A stretch of DNA of 64,000 nucleotides from Paraspadella gotoi (lineage: Eukaryota > Animalia > Chaetognatha). Every line of letters begins with the position of its first letter. Within the stretch, counting starts at the first letter, position 1. Under the pieces are notes generated by a model, which worked only from the letters and a program-made list of their open reading frames with translations, was not told where the DNA came from and did not search any database. The stretch lies in contig CM119269.1 in NCBI GenBank assembly GCA_051294375.1, positions 2,658,699-2,722,698 of the forward strand, read 5' to 3'. Both the position numbers and the translations under genes were made by a program. Shown here piece after piece: positions 36,901 through 50,557 of the stretch.

Positions 36901-37072
36901 ATAAAAAATGATAATATAAAAAAAAGTATATTACCTGCGGAAATACTTGGGCTTTAAAAGTCTTCTTCACATCAGGGCTGGCGATTTTTGCATTGAGTAA
37001 ACTGTGTATTACGAAGAATGACGCCATCTGGAAAAGAGTCAGCAAAGTGAACCATCGCCATTTAAGCTTCAT
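33950..37072 (-). CDS. DUF229-family protein (alkaline phosphatase/sulfatase superfamily), type II membrane, multi-exon; contains apparent frameshifts; 3' end approximate
   Basis: N-terminal anchor MKLKWRWFTLLTLFQMASFFVIHSLL; SGCVVPDIDPFNASI; NVHILAMDSTSRLNTIRYLPKLRNYL..GALEFYGYNK; LVWTSFASNGYWTAFGDD; EWTHSRLNGL; LDNSILFLWADHGFR; GRHEDSMPMLFIVFPDWFRQRYP; NTKRLVSTYDINETLRHL; SLMTSIPENRTCQTAGIPLEFCSC. These match the DUF229 motif order I recall. Confidence 0.88.
36350..36570 (+). mobile_element. Possible tRNA-derived SINE in a DUF229 intron
   Basis: Composition differs from the flanking intron; TAGCTTGGTG (A-box-like) and GTGTTCAATCCC (B-box-like), with a layout similar to 60748 and 1-50. Confidence 0.35.
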
Positions 37073-37207
37073 AACAACAACGTTGATTTTTCTTTGAATA
37101 ATTTTGTTTTCAAATCAATTTAAAGTAAGAGCTTCAATTTTTAGTATGAATTATTGGCATGAAAATTTTCTTTGCTTTTTTTTTCTTACTAGAAAAAATA
37201 AGTTTGT

Positions 37208-37308
<101 letters not shown>

Positions 37309-37812
37309 GGTTCTTTGAAATTTACGAGGGAAAAGCTTCCCGCCAAATTTCCTCCTTTTGAGTTGTTCTTTTGCCTGGCAATTTTGGGTAGCGCCTCCAT
37401 GAGGCTTCTAAAGTAAATAAATCAGTTGGAACATCGAATTAAGATTAAGATAAACAGAACTCAACAAAAAAGCCCAACCGGGATACCGGACAGGCCAAAC
37501 AATATTCCAGAAAGTCCAAACCCGGACGCAGGAGAGGCCAATATATCCGACGCCGAGTTTCGACCGATTTTCGTTCTTCTGAACCTCAGCCCGTTCCGGC
37601 TTCCGGACTGGCGCCGTCCATCATGGAGGCGGCGTTGGCGGCGGGGGCGACGTCGGGTCTTGGATCGGCTCCGGACACGCCACCGATGCCAGTGTCGGCC
37701 GATTCATCTTCGTTGCCCCGAAAATACTTCACCGCATATTTCAAATAATATTTCAAACTCACCGCTTCCCTTCTTTAAAAAAAAAACACCTTTTTTCTTT
37801 TAAATATATATA

Positions 37813-37870
<58 letters not shown>

Positions 37871-38835
37871 CATCTTCGACCTTTATGCCTTTTTATTACA
37901 CTGGGGTCGAAACGAATATAAAAAAAATGCCGGGAAAGTGTTTTGTTTTTTTGTTTTTTTTGAATTATGTACCAAACGCTAGGGAAAAAATGTTTTAAAA
38001 GAAACAACACCTCGCAGAAATGCTTTTACTTTTTCTTTAAATTTCAAACATTTCAAATCTTTTACTCATATTGTAATGTAATGTAAACGAACAGGCAGAA
38101 ATGCAAGGGTTGTTAACCCCGAAACACATTTTCTGTGGCGTTTTTGCCATTTCCGTCCAGTGGTTAGGAGGACTGCGGCGACGATGGCGGCGGCAACCGT
38201 GCAACTGATCTGATTGATGGGGGCCAAAGTGTTTGTCGGTCGAGCCAATGGTTCGTGAATATGAAAAGAGCGAGAGAAACTGAAAGCGCCGCGTTGCGTT
38301 CGAATTTGGAAACAAAGGAACATCGAGGGTGAAACAAGGATCATAGACATGTTCGACGAAGACTCCATGAACGAAAACCCAAGGGAAACTAACAACAGTA
38401 CTAATTTCGACGATATCAAATATCTCTTGACAACAGCGGTGATGTCATCACAAGTCAATCCAGAAATCTATAGAAAATGACATGGAAAAAAAAATTCTTA
38501 GCTAATTGAAAAAAAAATTAAAGAACAAAATCACGAGTAAAAAAAAAAAATGTCGTCAAATCAACAAATATTTTACTCTCTAGCACCACAGTCATTCGTT
38601 GATTGAGCGAGCGAAGGCGGTCGCCTGTTGAGATGAAACATTCAAAAATAAATTCGCTCAACATCAAAGCAAAAAAAAAGAAGGAATATATGAAGGAAAA
38701 AAAAAACAAAAAAAAAAAACAAGGATCTCGGCGTTTTCTATCCACGCGCGAGAGCAACAAATCTTTCATCTAAACAACTTATTGTATTTTTTCTTCCTCA
38801 TACAACCTGCAACGCTAAGGCCGCTTTTTCAGAAA

Positions 38836-38892
<57 letters not shown>

Positions 38893-39084
38893 GGCCGTCG
38901 ATGAACCCACCGAAGAAAGGAGAGAAAGCGAGGGGCGTGAGTTCGACCACCGGGTGAGTCACGCGGCGCCGATCGACGCTGGCTCAATCGGTTGAGACGG
39001 TGATACGTGGCCCGAAGGTCTCGACAACGAGGCGCGTTCCTGTACTTTGCTTTTTTTCGTACCTTCTCTCCAGTTTCTAGCCAG

Positions 39085-39116
<32 letters not shown>

Positions 39117-39288
39117 CTGCAGCGGGCGATCACGTGAGCGACGCGTGAATGGCGCGTGAACACCTGAATGCGGTATGCAAATGCGCGCCCGGAGACGACG
39201 GGGCATGATTGAATGCGGGCGAACGTGTCGGCGCGAAAGAATAGGGCGGATGGGCGCGTTCCGCGCGAGTGTGTGCCGAGCGAAGAGA

Positions 39289-39361
<73 letters not shown>

Positions 39362-39487
39362 TGAGAGACCCAAATCGTCCGTCGTGAATCTCTTGGGACG
39401 ACGTGAAGAGAAGAAAAGGTGTGCCGGTGTGGGCGGGGGAAGGAGAGACTTCCAGGCCGTTACCGTCGTTTCTGTCGGGTCTGTCGT

Positions 39488-39526
<39 letters not shown>

Positions 39527-40242
39527 GTTTAGAATGAGAGATACCATCGGCGCTGCTCTGATCGAAATGTCTCGAGCTCAACTTAATTGTTTCTCGGAGA
39601 CGAAGGAACTTCGCTCCTTCTCTCGACTTCATCGTTTCTATGAGAAAAAGGTTGGCTCGTGATTGTCAGAACAATCGGGTTCACAGGTTTATAACTTCTT
39701 TTTTTTTCAATCGTGAAGGTTTTTGAGGCTTTTTTTTCTAATAACTGCTCGATCTTAAGTATTCACTATTCTTGTATAGTTCAAATGTTTTTTTTTTGTT
39801 TTTTTTTCTGCTGAATGAGATCAAGAAAAATCATATCGGACAAAAGCTAGTTCCACACAATTTACAATGTTTTTTTATTTCTTGACTTTCTCGACAAATA
39901 AAAATTTTTTTTACTTTTTCGCGAATTCAATTTCACGAAAAAATCGACTTTGATTTCGTGAAATCAAAAACAAAATATCGACTAAAGAAATTCGAAACTT
40001 TTTTAGAGAAAATTTTTTTTTATTAAACATTTGTACGTCAGTTAGAATCATTCACGTTTCACTTAATTTTCGCTGAATGAAATAAGATCAAAAACAAAAA
40101 AGCAATAATGTGAAAAAAATACTTTTACATTACAAGAAAGAAATAACGTGGGCGTAGTAAAAACTGACTTATAGTTATATAAACTCAAAAAGAGTCATTT
40201 TTTAACCCACTCTTCTCTCCCACCCCCTTTCCCCCACCGAAG

Positions 40243-41569
40243 ACCCGGCGCCTTCGACGCCGCCTCCGCCAACGACGCCGCGCCTCCAACGGCGTCGCCT
40301 CGAAACGGCGACTCGGACGCTTTCGGCGCCAAACCCAAAACGACGCCGTCGACGAAGGACATGGAACAAAAGACGATCCCGAAGACCGCGATCGAACCGG
40401 CGACGCCGAAAAAGACGCCGGGAACGCCGTCGGCCAAGTCGACGCTGACGCTTCTTTCGACGCCGGGAGCCAACGGAGCCGTCGCCGGAGACGCCGGCGG
40501 CGGAGTCTCCCTCGGCGCCGTCGTCGTGGCCAAGATTGGCGCCGTGGACGTCATCGACGAGGCCGAGGACGCCGCAGCCGACGAAGCGGCCGCAGCGGAA
40601 GCCGCCGAAGCGGCGGAGCAGGAAGAGGAGGCGAGGGAAGCGAAGGAAATCGTTCTTCTCGTCGTCGTCTATTTGGCGTCGATTCTTCCGGTCGTCGTCG
40701 TCAAAGCAGCGGAAAGAAACGAGATGTGGAAGGACCGACTGCCGCAGGTTCGCCGGTGTTGTCGTCGTTGTCGTCGTTATCGTCGTCGTTGTTGTTGTCG
40801 TCGTTATCGTCGTCGTCGTCAGGTTCCTTACATTTTTTTCTTTCTTTGCTTTTCTTCGACGGTTTCCTATTTGTTTTTCGATTCATTTATTAATTTGTAC
40901 GTTCGTGAGTTCAAACCATGATTCTTTCCATTTGCTCGTTTTTTTTTTAGTATCTTGTTTGGTTCGTTCCTTCTTTCAGTTCGTAAATTTATTCATTTCG
41001 TCTTTTGTTGTTTAGTCACTCGCCACCTCATTCCGTAACATTCTCTGCATTCTCGGTTCGTTACAAAATCGTCAAGATGTTTCGTCCATCCTTCCTTTTC
41101 CGGATCTAATTGAAGACCCGGATCTAATTAAAGAAATAAACAGACGGGAATTTCCATGGATTTTCTTTAATGGATAAATCCTTCACGAACTCTCATATTA
41201 TTTTTTCTCTCTGGGTTTTCTTTTAAAATCTTTTTAATTTCAAGATTAAAAGGAGAACTTTTTACGGATGCGATGAAACATTTTTCTCTTGTTTGTTTTA
41301 CGTACTACTTTGTTTATTTTTGGCGGGAGTTATCGGTTATTTTTTTTAACTAGTAAGAGTAGTATTATTTTGCTACTAAGTAAGATTAAAAAAAAAAGTG
41401 GTTTTATTGGTCGACAGTGAATCGAATTCAATCAAGATTCGAGTCAATCTCGTCAGTCCTTCTTGGATCACTCTTCACTTTTATCCTCGTAATAACTCAC
41501 CCGAACTGAATTTGATCTCTCGATCTCCCTAAAAATTAATGAACCTCGTATTTCCGACCCAGACTTTCC

Positions 41570-41625
<56 letters not shown>

Positions 41626-42607
41626 TCTCTCTCTCTCTCTCTCTCTCTGTAAATTATCATCTCCCCACCCTAATTCTTTCCTTCACACTAATTCTCACCC
41701 AACGTTCACAGGCATCGTTTCTGTCGGTCTGGTTGTTCTTCTCTCACTCTCTCTGGAACTGCATCATTTACAGCCGAGGTGAGAAGACCCTGGAAAATTT
41801 CTTATTTGTCTATGAAAATATTTTTTTAGGATTTATTTAAATTAGGATAAAGTAAACTTTTTCCGACAAAAAGATGGGAAAATATGGAATGGATCGAGTG
41901 AATGTAGAAATCCCAAACTTTGAAAAAGTTTTTTATTCCATTTTTGAAGAAAAAAAGGAATATAAATCATAGCCAAAAAAAAATAAACATTTTTTATATA
42001 AACTTTCCATTTTTCTCCAATTATCCTATTTTTGTAATTAGTAAATAGTAAATGAAGTAAAACTCGACGTTTGAATTGAACATAATATATATGTTATATC
42101 TCATAACGAATCGGTGCCCAATCGCATTAACTTGATAATTCACTTACCCTGACCGTAATCTCGACCTTAGTCGGATTATTTCCTCCGTTTAATCTTTCAA
42201 CCTCAAAATAAATCTCTCCGCCCCAATTCCCTTTTATCCTTTGGTTTTTCTCCCGCAGGAGACTCGGAATTTCGTCGTCAACTGAAGAAGTTATTCTCAC
42301 GATGCAGACATCCGAAAAAGAAGGTCTACAGACTCAGGGAATCCGCGTCGGAATCCGACATGGCCGCCAGAATCAACGGTGAGATTCATCTCTCTCTCTC
42401 TCTTAATCACTCTCTCTTTCTCTCTCTTTCTATATTTTGTAATCCCAGAAAGGTAAACTAGTAGACAAAAACAAAAAGACAAACCCTAGTCTTGTCTTGT
42501 TTATCATACAGGTATTAATATGCGCTCTCTCTCACTTCGTTCCTCAGGCGACTATTCGAACGAAACGAAAGTGAAAAACGGGGGAGTAACTCGGTCACGT
42601 GACAAAG
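40243..42607 (+). CDS. Class A (rhodopsin-like) GPCR, partial: ICL3-TM6-TM7-helix 8-tail; exons 40243-40747, 41712-41778, 42259-42378, 42548-42607
   Basis: Phase-compatible GT-AG exons join to ...EEEAREAKEIVLLVVVYLASILPVVVVKAAERNEMWKDRLPQ|ASFLSVWLFFSHSLWNCIIYSR|GDSEFRRQLKKLFSRCRHPKKK...: TM6 with LP, TM7 with NCIIY (NPxxY variant), helix 8 FRxxLKKLF plus a Cys. Confidence 0.8.
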
Positions 42608-42667
42608 GTAATTTCATGCTACTTTTAAAATTTAAAAGAGAGACGGGGACGACGAGGAGGAGAGGAC

Positions 42668-42712
<45 letters not shown>

Positions 42713-42837
42713 GGATCTAGAGCGTGAATTTATAAGAGACGGGGGAGAAGTGGAGAAAGGGGAATTAAAACTTTGTGAGTGGGGATTTAAAATTAAATTG
42801 AAGAAGAATTAAAGTTGAGAGCGAAAAATAAAATAAA

Positions 42838-42898
42838 GAGAGAACTGATAAAATGAAGAGAGAACTGACAAAATGAAGAGAGAACTGATAAAATGAAG
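42838..42898. repeat. 20-bp tandem repeat x3
   Basis: GAGAGAACTGA(T/C)AAAATGAA repeated three times. Confidence 0.85.
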
Positions 42899-45800
42899 TA
42901 ACCTCAAATTTACAATTTAGGTAGGATTAAAAAAAGGCTAAGATTACAAAAAATTAAAATTTTATTACCAGTTGGTTTTGAATTTATTGCGACGATATTT
43001 TAAAAATAGTGTTCAATATGAAGAGTCGCCAAACTTTAAGAATATTATCAAGCCGTATTTGTGGTTTAAAGATGGGATCATGAAAAAGGCGTGGGCCGCT
43101 TGAACTCTTTCGCCCTCTCACGATCCTCTGACAAAAAACGACTCTCTCTCGCTCTCGCTGCTGAGCATTTCCGCACAAAGTGAAAGAAAGTCTTCGGTCT
43201 TTCCTCAAATTTTTTTTCTCCTTTCTGCTTGACGCGCTTCGTAGCCACTTCTTTTCCAGAAGGTCATTTGTGACCTTCGACCCATAAGTTTGACCTTTGA
43301 CCCTAAATGTCTCAATGGAATAGAATCTGTGTTTTTCGCCTTCGATGGTTCGGCGTCTCAAAGATGCTTTTTGTCTTCTTTTTTTTTNNNNNNNNNNNNN
43401 NNNNNNNNNNNNNNNNNNNNNNNNNNNNNNNNNNNNNNNNNNNNNNNNNNNNNNNNNNNNNNNNNNNNNNNNNNNNNNNNNNNNNNNNNNNNNNNNNNNN
43501 NNNNNNNNNNNNNNNNNNNNNNNNNNNNNNNNNNNNNNNNNNNNNNNNNNNNNNNNNNNNNNNNNNNNNNNNNNNNNNNNNNNNNNNNNNNNNNNNNNNN
43601 NNNNNNNNNNNNNNNNNNNNNNNNNNNNNNNNNNNNNNNNNNNNNNNNNNNNNNNNNNNNNNNNNNNNNNNNNNNNNNNNNNNNNNNNNNNNNNNNNNNN
43701 NNNNNNNNNNNNNNNNNNNNNNNNNNNNNNNNNNNNNNNNNNNNNNNNNNNNNNNNNNNNNNNNNNNNNNNNNNNNNNNNNNNNNNNNNNNNNNNNNNNN
43801 NNNNNNNNNNNNNNNNNNNNNNNNNNNNNNNNNNNNNNNNNNNNNNNNNNNNNNNNNNNNNNNNNNNNNNNNNNNNNNNNNNNNNNNNNNNNNNNNNNNN
43901 NNNNNNNNNNNNNNNNNNNNNNNNNNNNNNNNNNNNNNNNNNNNNNNNNNNNNNNNNNNNNNNNNNNNNNNNNNNNNNNNNNNNNNNNNNNNNNNNNNNN
44001 NNNNNNNNNNNNNNNNNNNNNNNNNNNNNNNNNNNNNNNNNNNNNNNNNNNNNNNNNNNNNNNNNNNNNNNNNNNNNNNNNNNNNNNNNNNNNNNNNNNN
44101 NNNNNNNNNNNAGAGAGAGAGAGAGAGAGAAAATTTACATAGTTTTAAAAAATTGAATATTTACTGATGGGGTTTAGAACAATCCTTGTTGTTAGCATAT
44201 GTTATGGTAGCTTTAATAAATTTAAAAAACTTATACAAACAACACGAGAGTACAATTTACTTTCCAATTTCAGGCGAAGCAAGAGACAAACTAAAAGGGT
44301 TAAACGTTTTAAAAAGAATGACGAAACTTTGGCTTTTTTTTGTTCGATATCCGTGGAAATCCCTTCGAAATCGGATGGCAAAAAAAATCAATGTCAAGAT
44401 TTGGAATTGGGAAGGATTTAATTCGGGGATGGCATTAAAAACTCGGGGGGGGNNNNNNNNNNNNNNNNNNNNNNNNNNNNNNNNNNNNNNNNNNNNNNNN
44501 NNNNNNNNNNNNNNNNNNNNNNNNNNNNNNNNNNNNNNNNNNNNNNNNNNNNNNNNNNNNNNNNNNNNNNNNNNNNNNNNNNNNNNNNNNNNNNNNNNNN
44601 NNNNNNNNNNNNNNNNNNNNNNNNNNNNNNNNNNNNNNNNNNNNNNNNNNNNNNNNNNNNNNNNNNNNNNNNNNNNNNNNNNNNNNNNNNNNNNAAGAGA
44701 GAGGAGGGAGGAAGAGGAAATAGGAAGAGAAGAGAGAGGAGGGAGGAAAGAAAAGAGGAAGAGAGGAGGGTCGGCGGAGAGAAAAGAGAGAGAAAAGAAA
44801 ATACGACGAGGGGACAAAGGTGACGAGAGCTTTGGCAAAGAAAAGTAAACAGAAGGGTTGAGGAAAGGGAACGAGTAAATCGTGGAGAGAGAAAGGAGGA
44901 AAGAAAAAAACGAAAAGGTCTAGGAGAATATTAAAACGTTGAGAGAAGGTGTTAGGAAAGAGGACCATGAATGACAAACAGTGAGAGATGGTGGTTGGAG
45001 AAAATAAAGAAAAAAAAGAGCAAAGATGCTGAGAAAAACGTAAATGAGATGAAATGAGGGAAGAGGGAAGGAAAGCATAAAGTGAGGGTGAGGTGTCGAG
45101 TCTGAAAGACGCAAATGACAAAGAGAGAGAGAGAGAGAAAGAGCCTCATAAAGAGAAGACGATTAGTAATTGGCGAAAAATTTATGAGAGGAAACGAGGA
45201 GAGGGAATTTTGATAAAGAAGAAAGAGAAGAGGGGTTGATTGTGAAGGCGGACAAATTAGTCTCGTTTATATTTAAGTTTATATTCGGTTACAGAATACT
45301 TTACCCAAACGACGATTTTCACGTGGTACTACTATTTTTTTGAAAAAACACTTAATTCTCTTACTTTTGCCATTTAGTGACTAAACTGAAGAAATAATAT
45401 TCGATTTCGACAAAGTAAAAATGTCATTTACTGTGCGGTGTGGGGTTTAAAAGAAATCAAATAAAAAGCTTTCGATCCTTGTATGTTTTTAGACGTTTCT
45501 TGAAATGGACTGGCTGCGGTCTCTGACGCTACAGTCTCCAGTTTCGACTATTTTGTGTTGTGGTCTACTTTCCTCAATCGCAGGTAGCCGCCCCCCCCCC
45601 ACAACGATTTTCCTTCCCGCGGGGAAAGAATCGTTACTGGGATGAGGAAAGGGAAAGACTGACGGGCGGGTCGCCCTCGAAAAGAAAGAATAGTACTATT
45701 GAGGAAAAAAAGAAAGAAAACATTATAAAGAAAAAAAAAGGAGGCCTATTGAAAAGAGCGGGACGAGGGAGAAACGAGAAAACGAACAGTGGAAAGAAAA

Positions 45801-46377
45801 AAAAAATAAAAGAAATCCGAGTGAAAGAAAAAAAGAAACATAAAAAGATTTGAAAAAGAAAGAAAAAGATAAAAAAAAGGTGAGAACTCGTGGAAAACAA
45901 CAGAAAAAGAAAGGAAGTTGAGGCGGGGAAAAAAAGGGGAAAAAAGGTAAAAAAATGGAGAACAAAGGCAAAAAGTAAATTCGAAAAAGGCACGGAGGAG
46001 ACAACGGAAGAGAGAGAGGGGAATGAGGAAAATATAAAAGAAATTATAAAGAAAAGGAAGGGGAAAATAAAAGATAGGAAAAATGAAAGGAAAGGAGGAA
46101 ATAAAAAAAAAACAAGATCGGTCCATCCAATGTGTTTCGCCGACTTTATTTTCACGTGTATTTCCCTGGGATTATATGACTACATGATATTACATGACTA
46201 CATGACCACAATAAATTTCTTAGCCTGTGACACGAACTGCATCGGAATCCCGTCTTTTATTCTTTATATTTTTTAGATTTCCTGAAGGCGGCGCTAGTAG
46301 TCACTTAAATTTGAGGATTTTTCCCTTCTTAACAAATGGGCACCTAACTATAGGCGAGTTATGAGCATTTTACCACT

Positions 46378-46462
46378 AGTGGGACAGACCGACCGACTAA
46401 AAGACCGACAGACCGACCGAAAAGTGACTTATAGAGTTGCTCCGCGAGTACTCGCGGCGAAA
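46378..46462 (+). mobile_element. Dispersed repeat end with (GACC)n tract and terminal palindrome (Helentron/HINE-like); related copy at ~33298-33361
   Basis: GTGGGACAGACCGACCGAC...TTATAGAGTTGCTCCGCGAGTACTCGCGG versus GTGGGACGGACAGACCGA...GAGTTGCTTCACGAATACTCGCAGCGCAACTC. Confidence 0.4.
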
Positions 46463-46472
46463 TTAAAAAGGA

Positions 46473-46588
<116 letters not shown>

Positions 46589-48194
46589 GAGAGAACGTTC
46601 GCCATTGAAATCGCGTTAGACTTCCGGGGTCGGGATACGACGCCGAAGTTTGTCGGGTCAACCGAAACGCGGGAAAAGCAATTTTACTGCTTCTGTCGAG
46701 GTGAATGTCACGTGACTCGAGGTGAAAAATGACGAGGAAAACGGAAGACTGGGATTTTCGAAAGGAGGAAGAGGGGGGAGAGGGAAGGGGGGAAAAGTGA
46801 AACAGGTTTGACTTTGAGAAAAAAAGGAAAAACGAAAACAACTAAAGAAATTAAATATATACAACTAAGTAATGTATTAAAATTGAAAGTTTAGGTAGAA
46901 AGCATGAAAGAAAATAAATTAAGTATCAAAAAGAAACAGAGAAAATGGGAAAATAATTTTTAAAGATAACTTTAAAAAAAAAAAACTTGATTGCAACAAA
47001 GACGGAAAAAAAGAGAGTTTTAAAAAATGTCCTCTTTTGTTATAAAGGAAGATCGAAGGAAAGGATTTTAAAATAATAGAAAGAAAAAAAGAGATAGAAA
47101 GAAAGCAAGAATATGAAAGGAAAGAGTCTGAGAGACGAAGGGCGCTTTGGTAGATCGAGGAATAGAAAAAGGTTCGACGCTGAAACTGATAAATGACGTC
47201 AAACGTCGGACGTCGAGATGAAACTTCCGGTTCCAGAGTCTTTTTTTTTTAGACTTTTGACCGACCTAAGAGGCGTGGAAAACTCAGCGCGTCGGGATGG
47301 AACATGGTGCCGTCTTTTAACCGAACGGCGTCCATCTTTATAACCCCCTTTGTCAGTGGGAACAAATTTGTGTCATGAGTATTCTTGCGAAGAGGCGGCC
47401 ACTGGAAGTGAAGCTGAAAGCTGTGGGCAGACAATTTGGTTTTATGTCATGTCTATATTTTGAAAAGTGAGTTAAATTAAGAATCAACCATAAAGCGTCC
47501 GTCCGAACTTCGTGTTAGTCTTCTTTATTCTTTGGCGGATAATGATCGAGGAGGGTTTCCGTCTGATATATAACTCTAATTTTGTCGGGATAACACGCTG
47601 TCAGGGATGGAAAACCACCATGGCGGAAGTTCTGAAACCAGCGCCATCGTAAATCCCAACTAAAAGTGGCGTCCAAAATGGCACCAAGGTGGAAGGAAAA
47701 GGATAAAGAGAGTTTAGAGAAAAAATTTTAAAAAGTACAATGACATTGTGAATTACATTTAAGACGCGTCATTCTTCCATGGAGACGAAACCCGACGTCA
47801 CTGTGGCGGAAATCGATAACGTCGGAATGGAATAACGCTGGGGGGGGACAAACCGGCGCCGTCGGGGATGAGATTCGGCGCCGTTGGGAATGAAGCCGGC
47901 GCCATCGGAGCAGACCATTCATTTTGACGAATGACGTCCGTCGCGTCNNNNNNNNNNNNNNNNNNNNNNNNNGCGACTTTAACCCTTCTCTGCGTACCGG
48001 ATCGAATCCCGTCATATCAATTTTGGAGGGGGGTGGCGTCATGGTGTGGCGGGGCGACAGGGGTGCGGAGGGGAAAAGCGGGAAAAGCTATGATCCGAGT
48101 TGGAAAGAAGAAGGATTTGGTTTTCGAATTGACTGGGGTGGGGTTGGATTTAAGAGCGGCCTCAATTCGGGCATTAAAAGGGAAGCGAAGAAGG

Positions 48195-50475
48195 GTCAAA
48201 CCAGTGAGTGAAATGAGGGATTGAAAAAGAATTCGACATTTCATATGAAGAGAGAGAGATAAAGTGGGTGCAACTATTAGGAGAAGCCAAAAAAAGGGAG
48301 TCGGATCTTTGTTTTTTTAAGTCTGGCCTAAAAGAGTTTCAGATTACAGAATCTTGCTCAAAAAAAAGTTTAATAGTTATAAAAGTATTTTATTTCGTTA
48401 TTTTGAAGGAAAAATAATAGTCTTTAGAACTCAGTTAGGTTAATACATTGTCGGACCACTTATTTGCTTCCAGCACCGTTTCCATGCAGATAAGGGAGAG
48501 AGTCATAGAGGCTGGGCAAATATTAAGAGTCAGCTCCCCCTAACTTGTGTGTTTAAATTTTCTCATTTATCGACTGTTATTGCGTTCTACTGCAAAATAT
48601 TCTTTTCATCAACACTTGACTAGACATTTTCGTGATTTGCAGGCTAACCGTATGAGCACCTCCATCCCGTGTTTTCTCATGAAATTTGTTGGAAGGGGCG
48701 TTGGCTTGTATCCAGGAGCTCTATTCCTCTATGAAAAGCCGCCCATTCACTATTAAATATTACTGGCAACAGATTCTTACTTCTCTCCAAAGTTTAAACT
48801 TTTTTTTGAGCAAATCTTTATGTATTTAGGAGCAAGAGTTTAAACTGCGCTTGAATTAGTGATAAAAGTGTAAGGTGCTGTTCATACACGGACCACTACG
48901 CACGGCACCGACCACTGATATAAGAGAAAAGGCGACTAAGAAACAAAGGGCTTAATGAAGGAACTGGTAACTTTGGCTATGGCCTAAGAAAATCGCCTTT
49001 TTTACATCAAAGAAGTTTGAGTTAAGAAAGACCAGAACAAATTTCCCCCCAGTACTAAAAAAAAAATTGCTTGTGTAAATGGTCTTCCCTCTTTATTATT
49101 TTCTTGACTTTACGCATTAATACACTTTTGCTCCAAACAAGGAGAAACGCGGTTTCGAATGGAACAACTCAAGAGACATTGACTTTGAACTTGTATCGAA
49201 AGTGTTTTTCAGATGTCGAGAGAAGAAGCGACGCAGGCTGCACAAACCTGAACTCAGCGCATCGAATCTTCATTTCTCCGACTTCTAACGATTGAGAGGA
49301 CAAATCAATGAGCAAAAAAAAAAAAAAGATCACGACTAACTACGACGACGCGGTCGTCCCTGACGACGGACGACGACGACCGAACGCGACGACGACGCGA
49401 CCGACGAACCGGACGACGACGAGCGACGACGACGACGACGACATAGAAGAACGATTATAGTGACAAAATCGATTCTTAGCAGCAGAAAAAAGAAGGACCA
49501 GCCTCTACGTGGATAGACCCGAGGGGAAAAAAATGTGCGTCTTTGCAATGTAAGAATCTTCATTCACGAGCTCCTGCTTGATGACGTTTTTTTCTCCGTC
49601 TTTTATATTTTCTTGACGAAAGTTAGATTCATTTTTGACTTAAATTTTTAGATACATCAAAATATTTTTGTTATTTAAACACGTGAACAGTGAAATGTTA
49701 CCTAAATTGAACTACGTAAACAATTTTAAAATACGATAAAAGTTACTTAGTACTTGAAAAACAGATGAATTCGTAAACTTTTGTTGTCTCCTTGCGTTGT
49801 TCAAGGACTCGCATGTTCTCTTTATAAAAAAAGTTTCTCGTCTTTCCTTTGCTTGGCTATATTTTAAAAATAAAATGGACAACATCTGTTTTCCTCGGCT
49901 CTCGGTTAATAACATAATGAGAAAAAGTAAAACTACCAATTAAGACTCACCTTCAACCTCGTGCCGTAAATTCTATTGCTTGACATCCAATTCGTTATCG
50001 GACAAAAGATCAGTTTAACCCTCGGGTCACTAGAACGATCCAGGGTCCGTGAGCTCTTCCGATTTTCACCAATTCTAAGAATGACGTGAAACAGAATTGG
50101 GTCACGTAAGGATAAGTGTGATTGCCGAATTAACTTACGCTGTTGGACAAAGAATTGTTGAGGTGTGTGACGAAGAAAGAACAATTGGTTTTCTCATCCA
50201 AGAACCTTCCGGCCTCGTTTATCTAGCATTCTTGATTGCGAAAGAAGCAGTCTCTCTCCTCTCTCCTCCTCTCTCCTCTCTCTCTCTCTCTACTCTCTCT
50301 CTCTCTCCTCTCGTCTCTTCTTTCTCTCTCTTCTCTTCGCGCAGTTCACAGCCTCAGATGTATGCGCGGGTAACGAAGATTGTCCTGGAAAACTTAGATT
50401 GCTGTCACTTGCGTCAGATGTTAAGCGACGGGTTTTTTATACTCTTATATTTCACTGTTGTCGTTTTCTTTCTCT

Positions 50476-50557
<82 letters not shown>

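Noticed and set aside
45560-46276. K/E/R-rich and F-rich ORFs
   Set aside because: Purine-rich low-complexity sequence.
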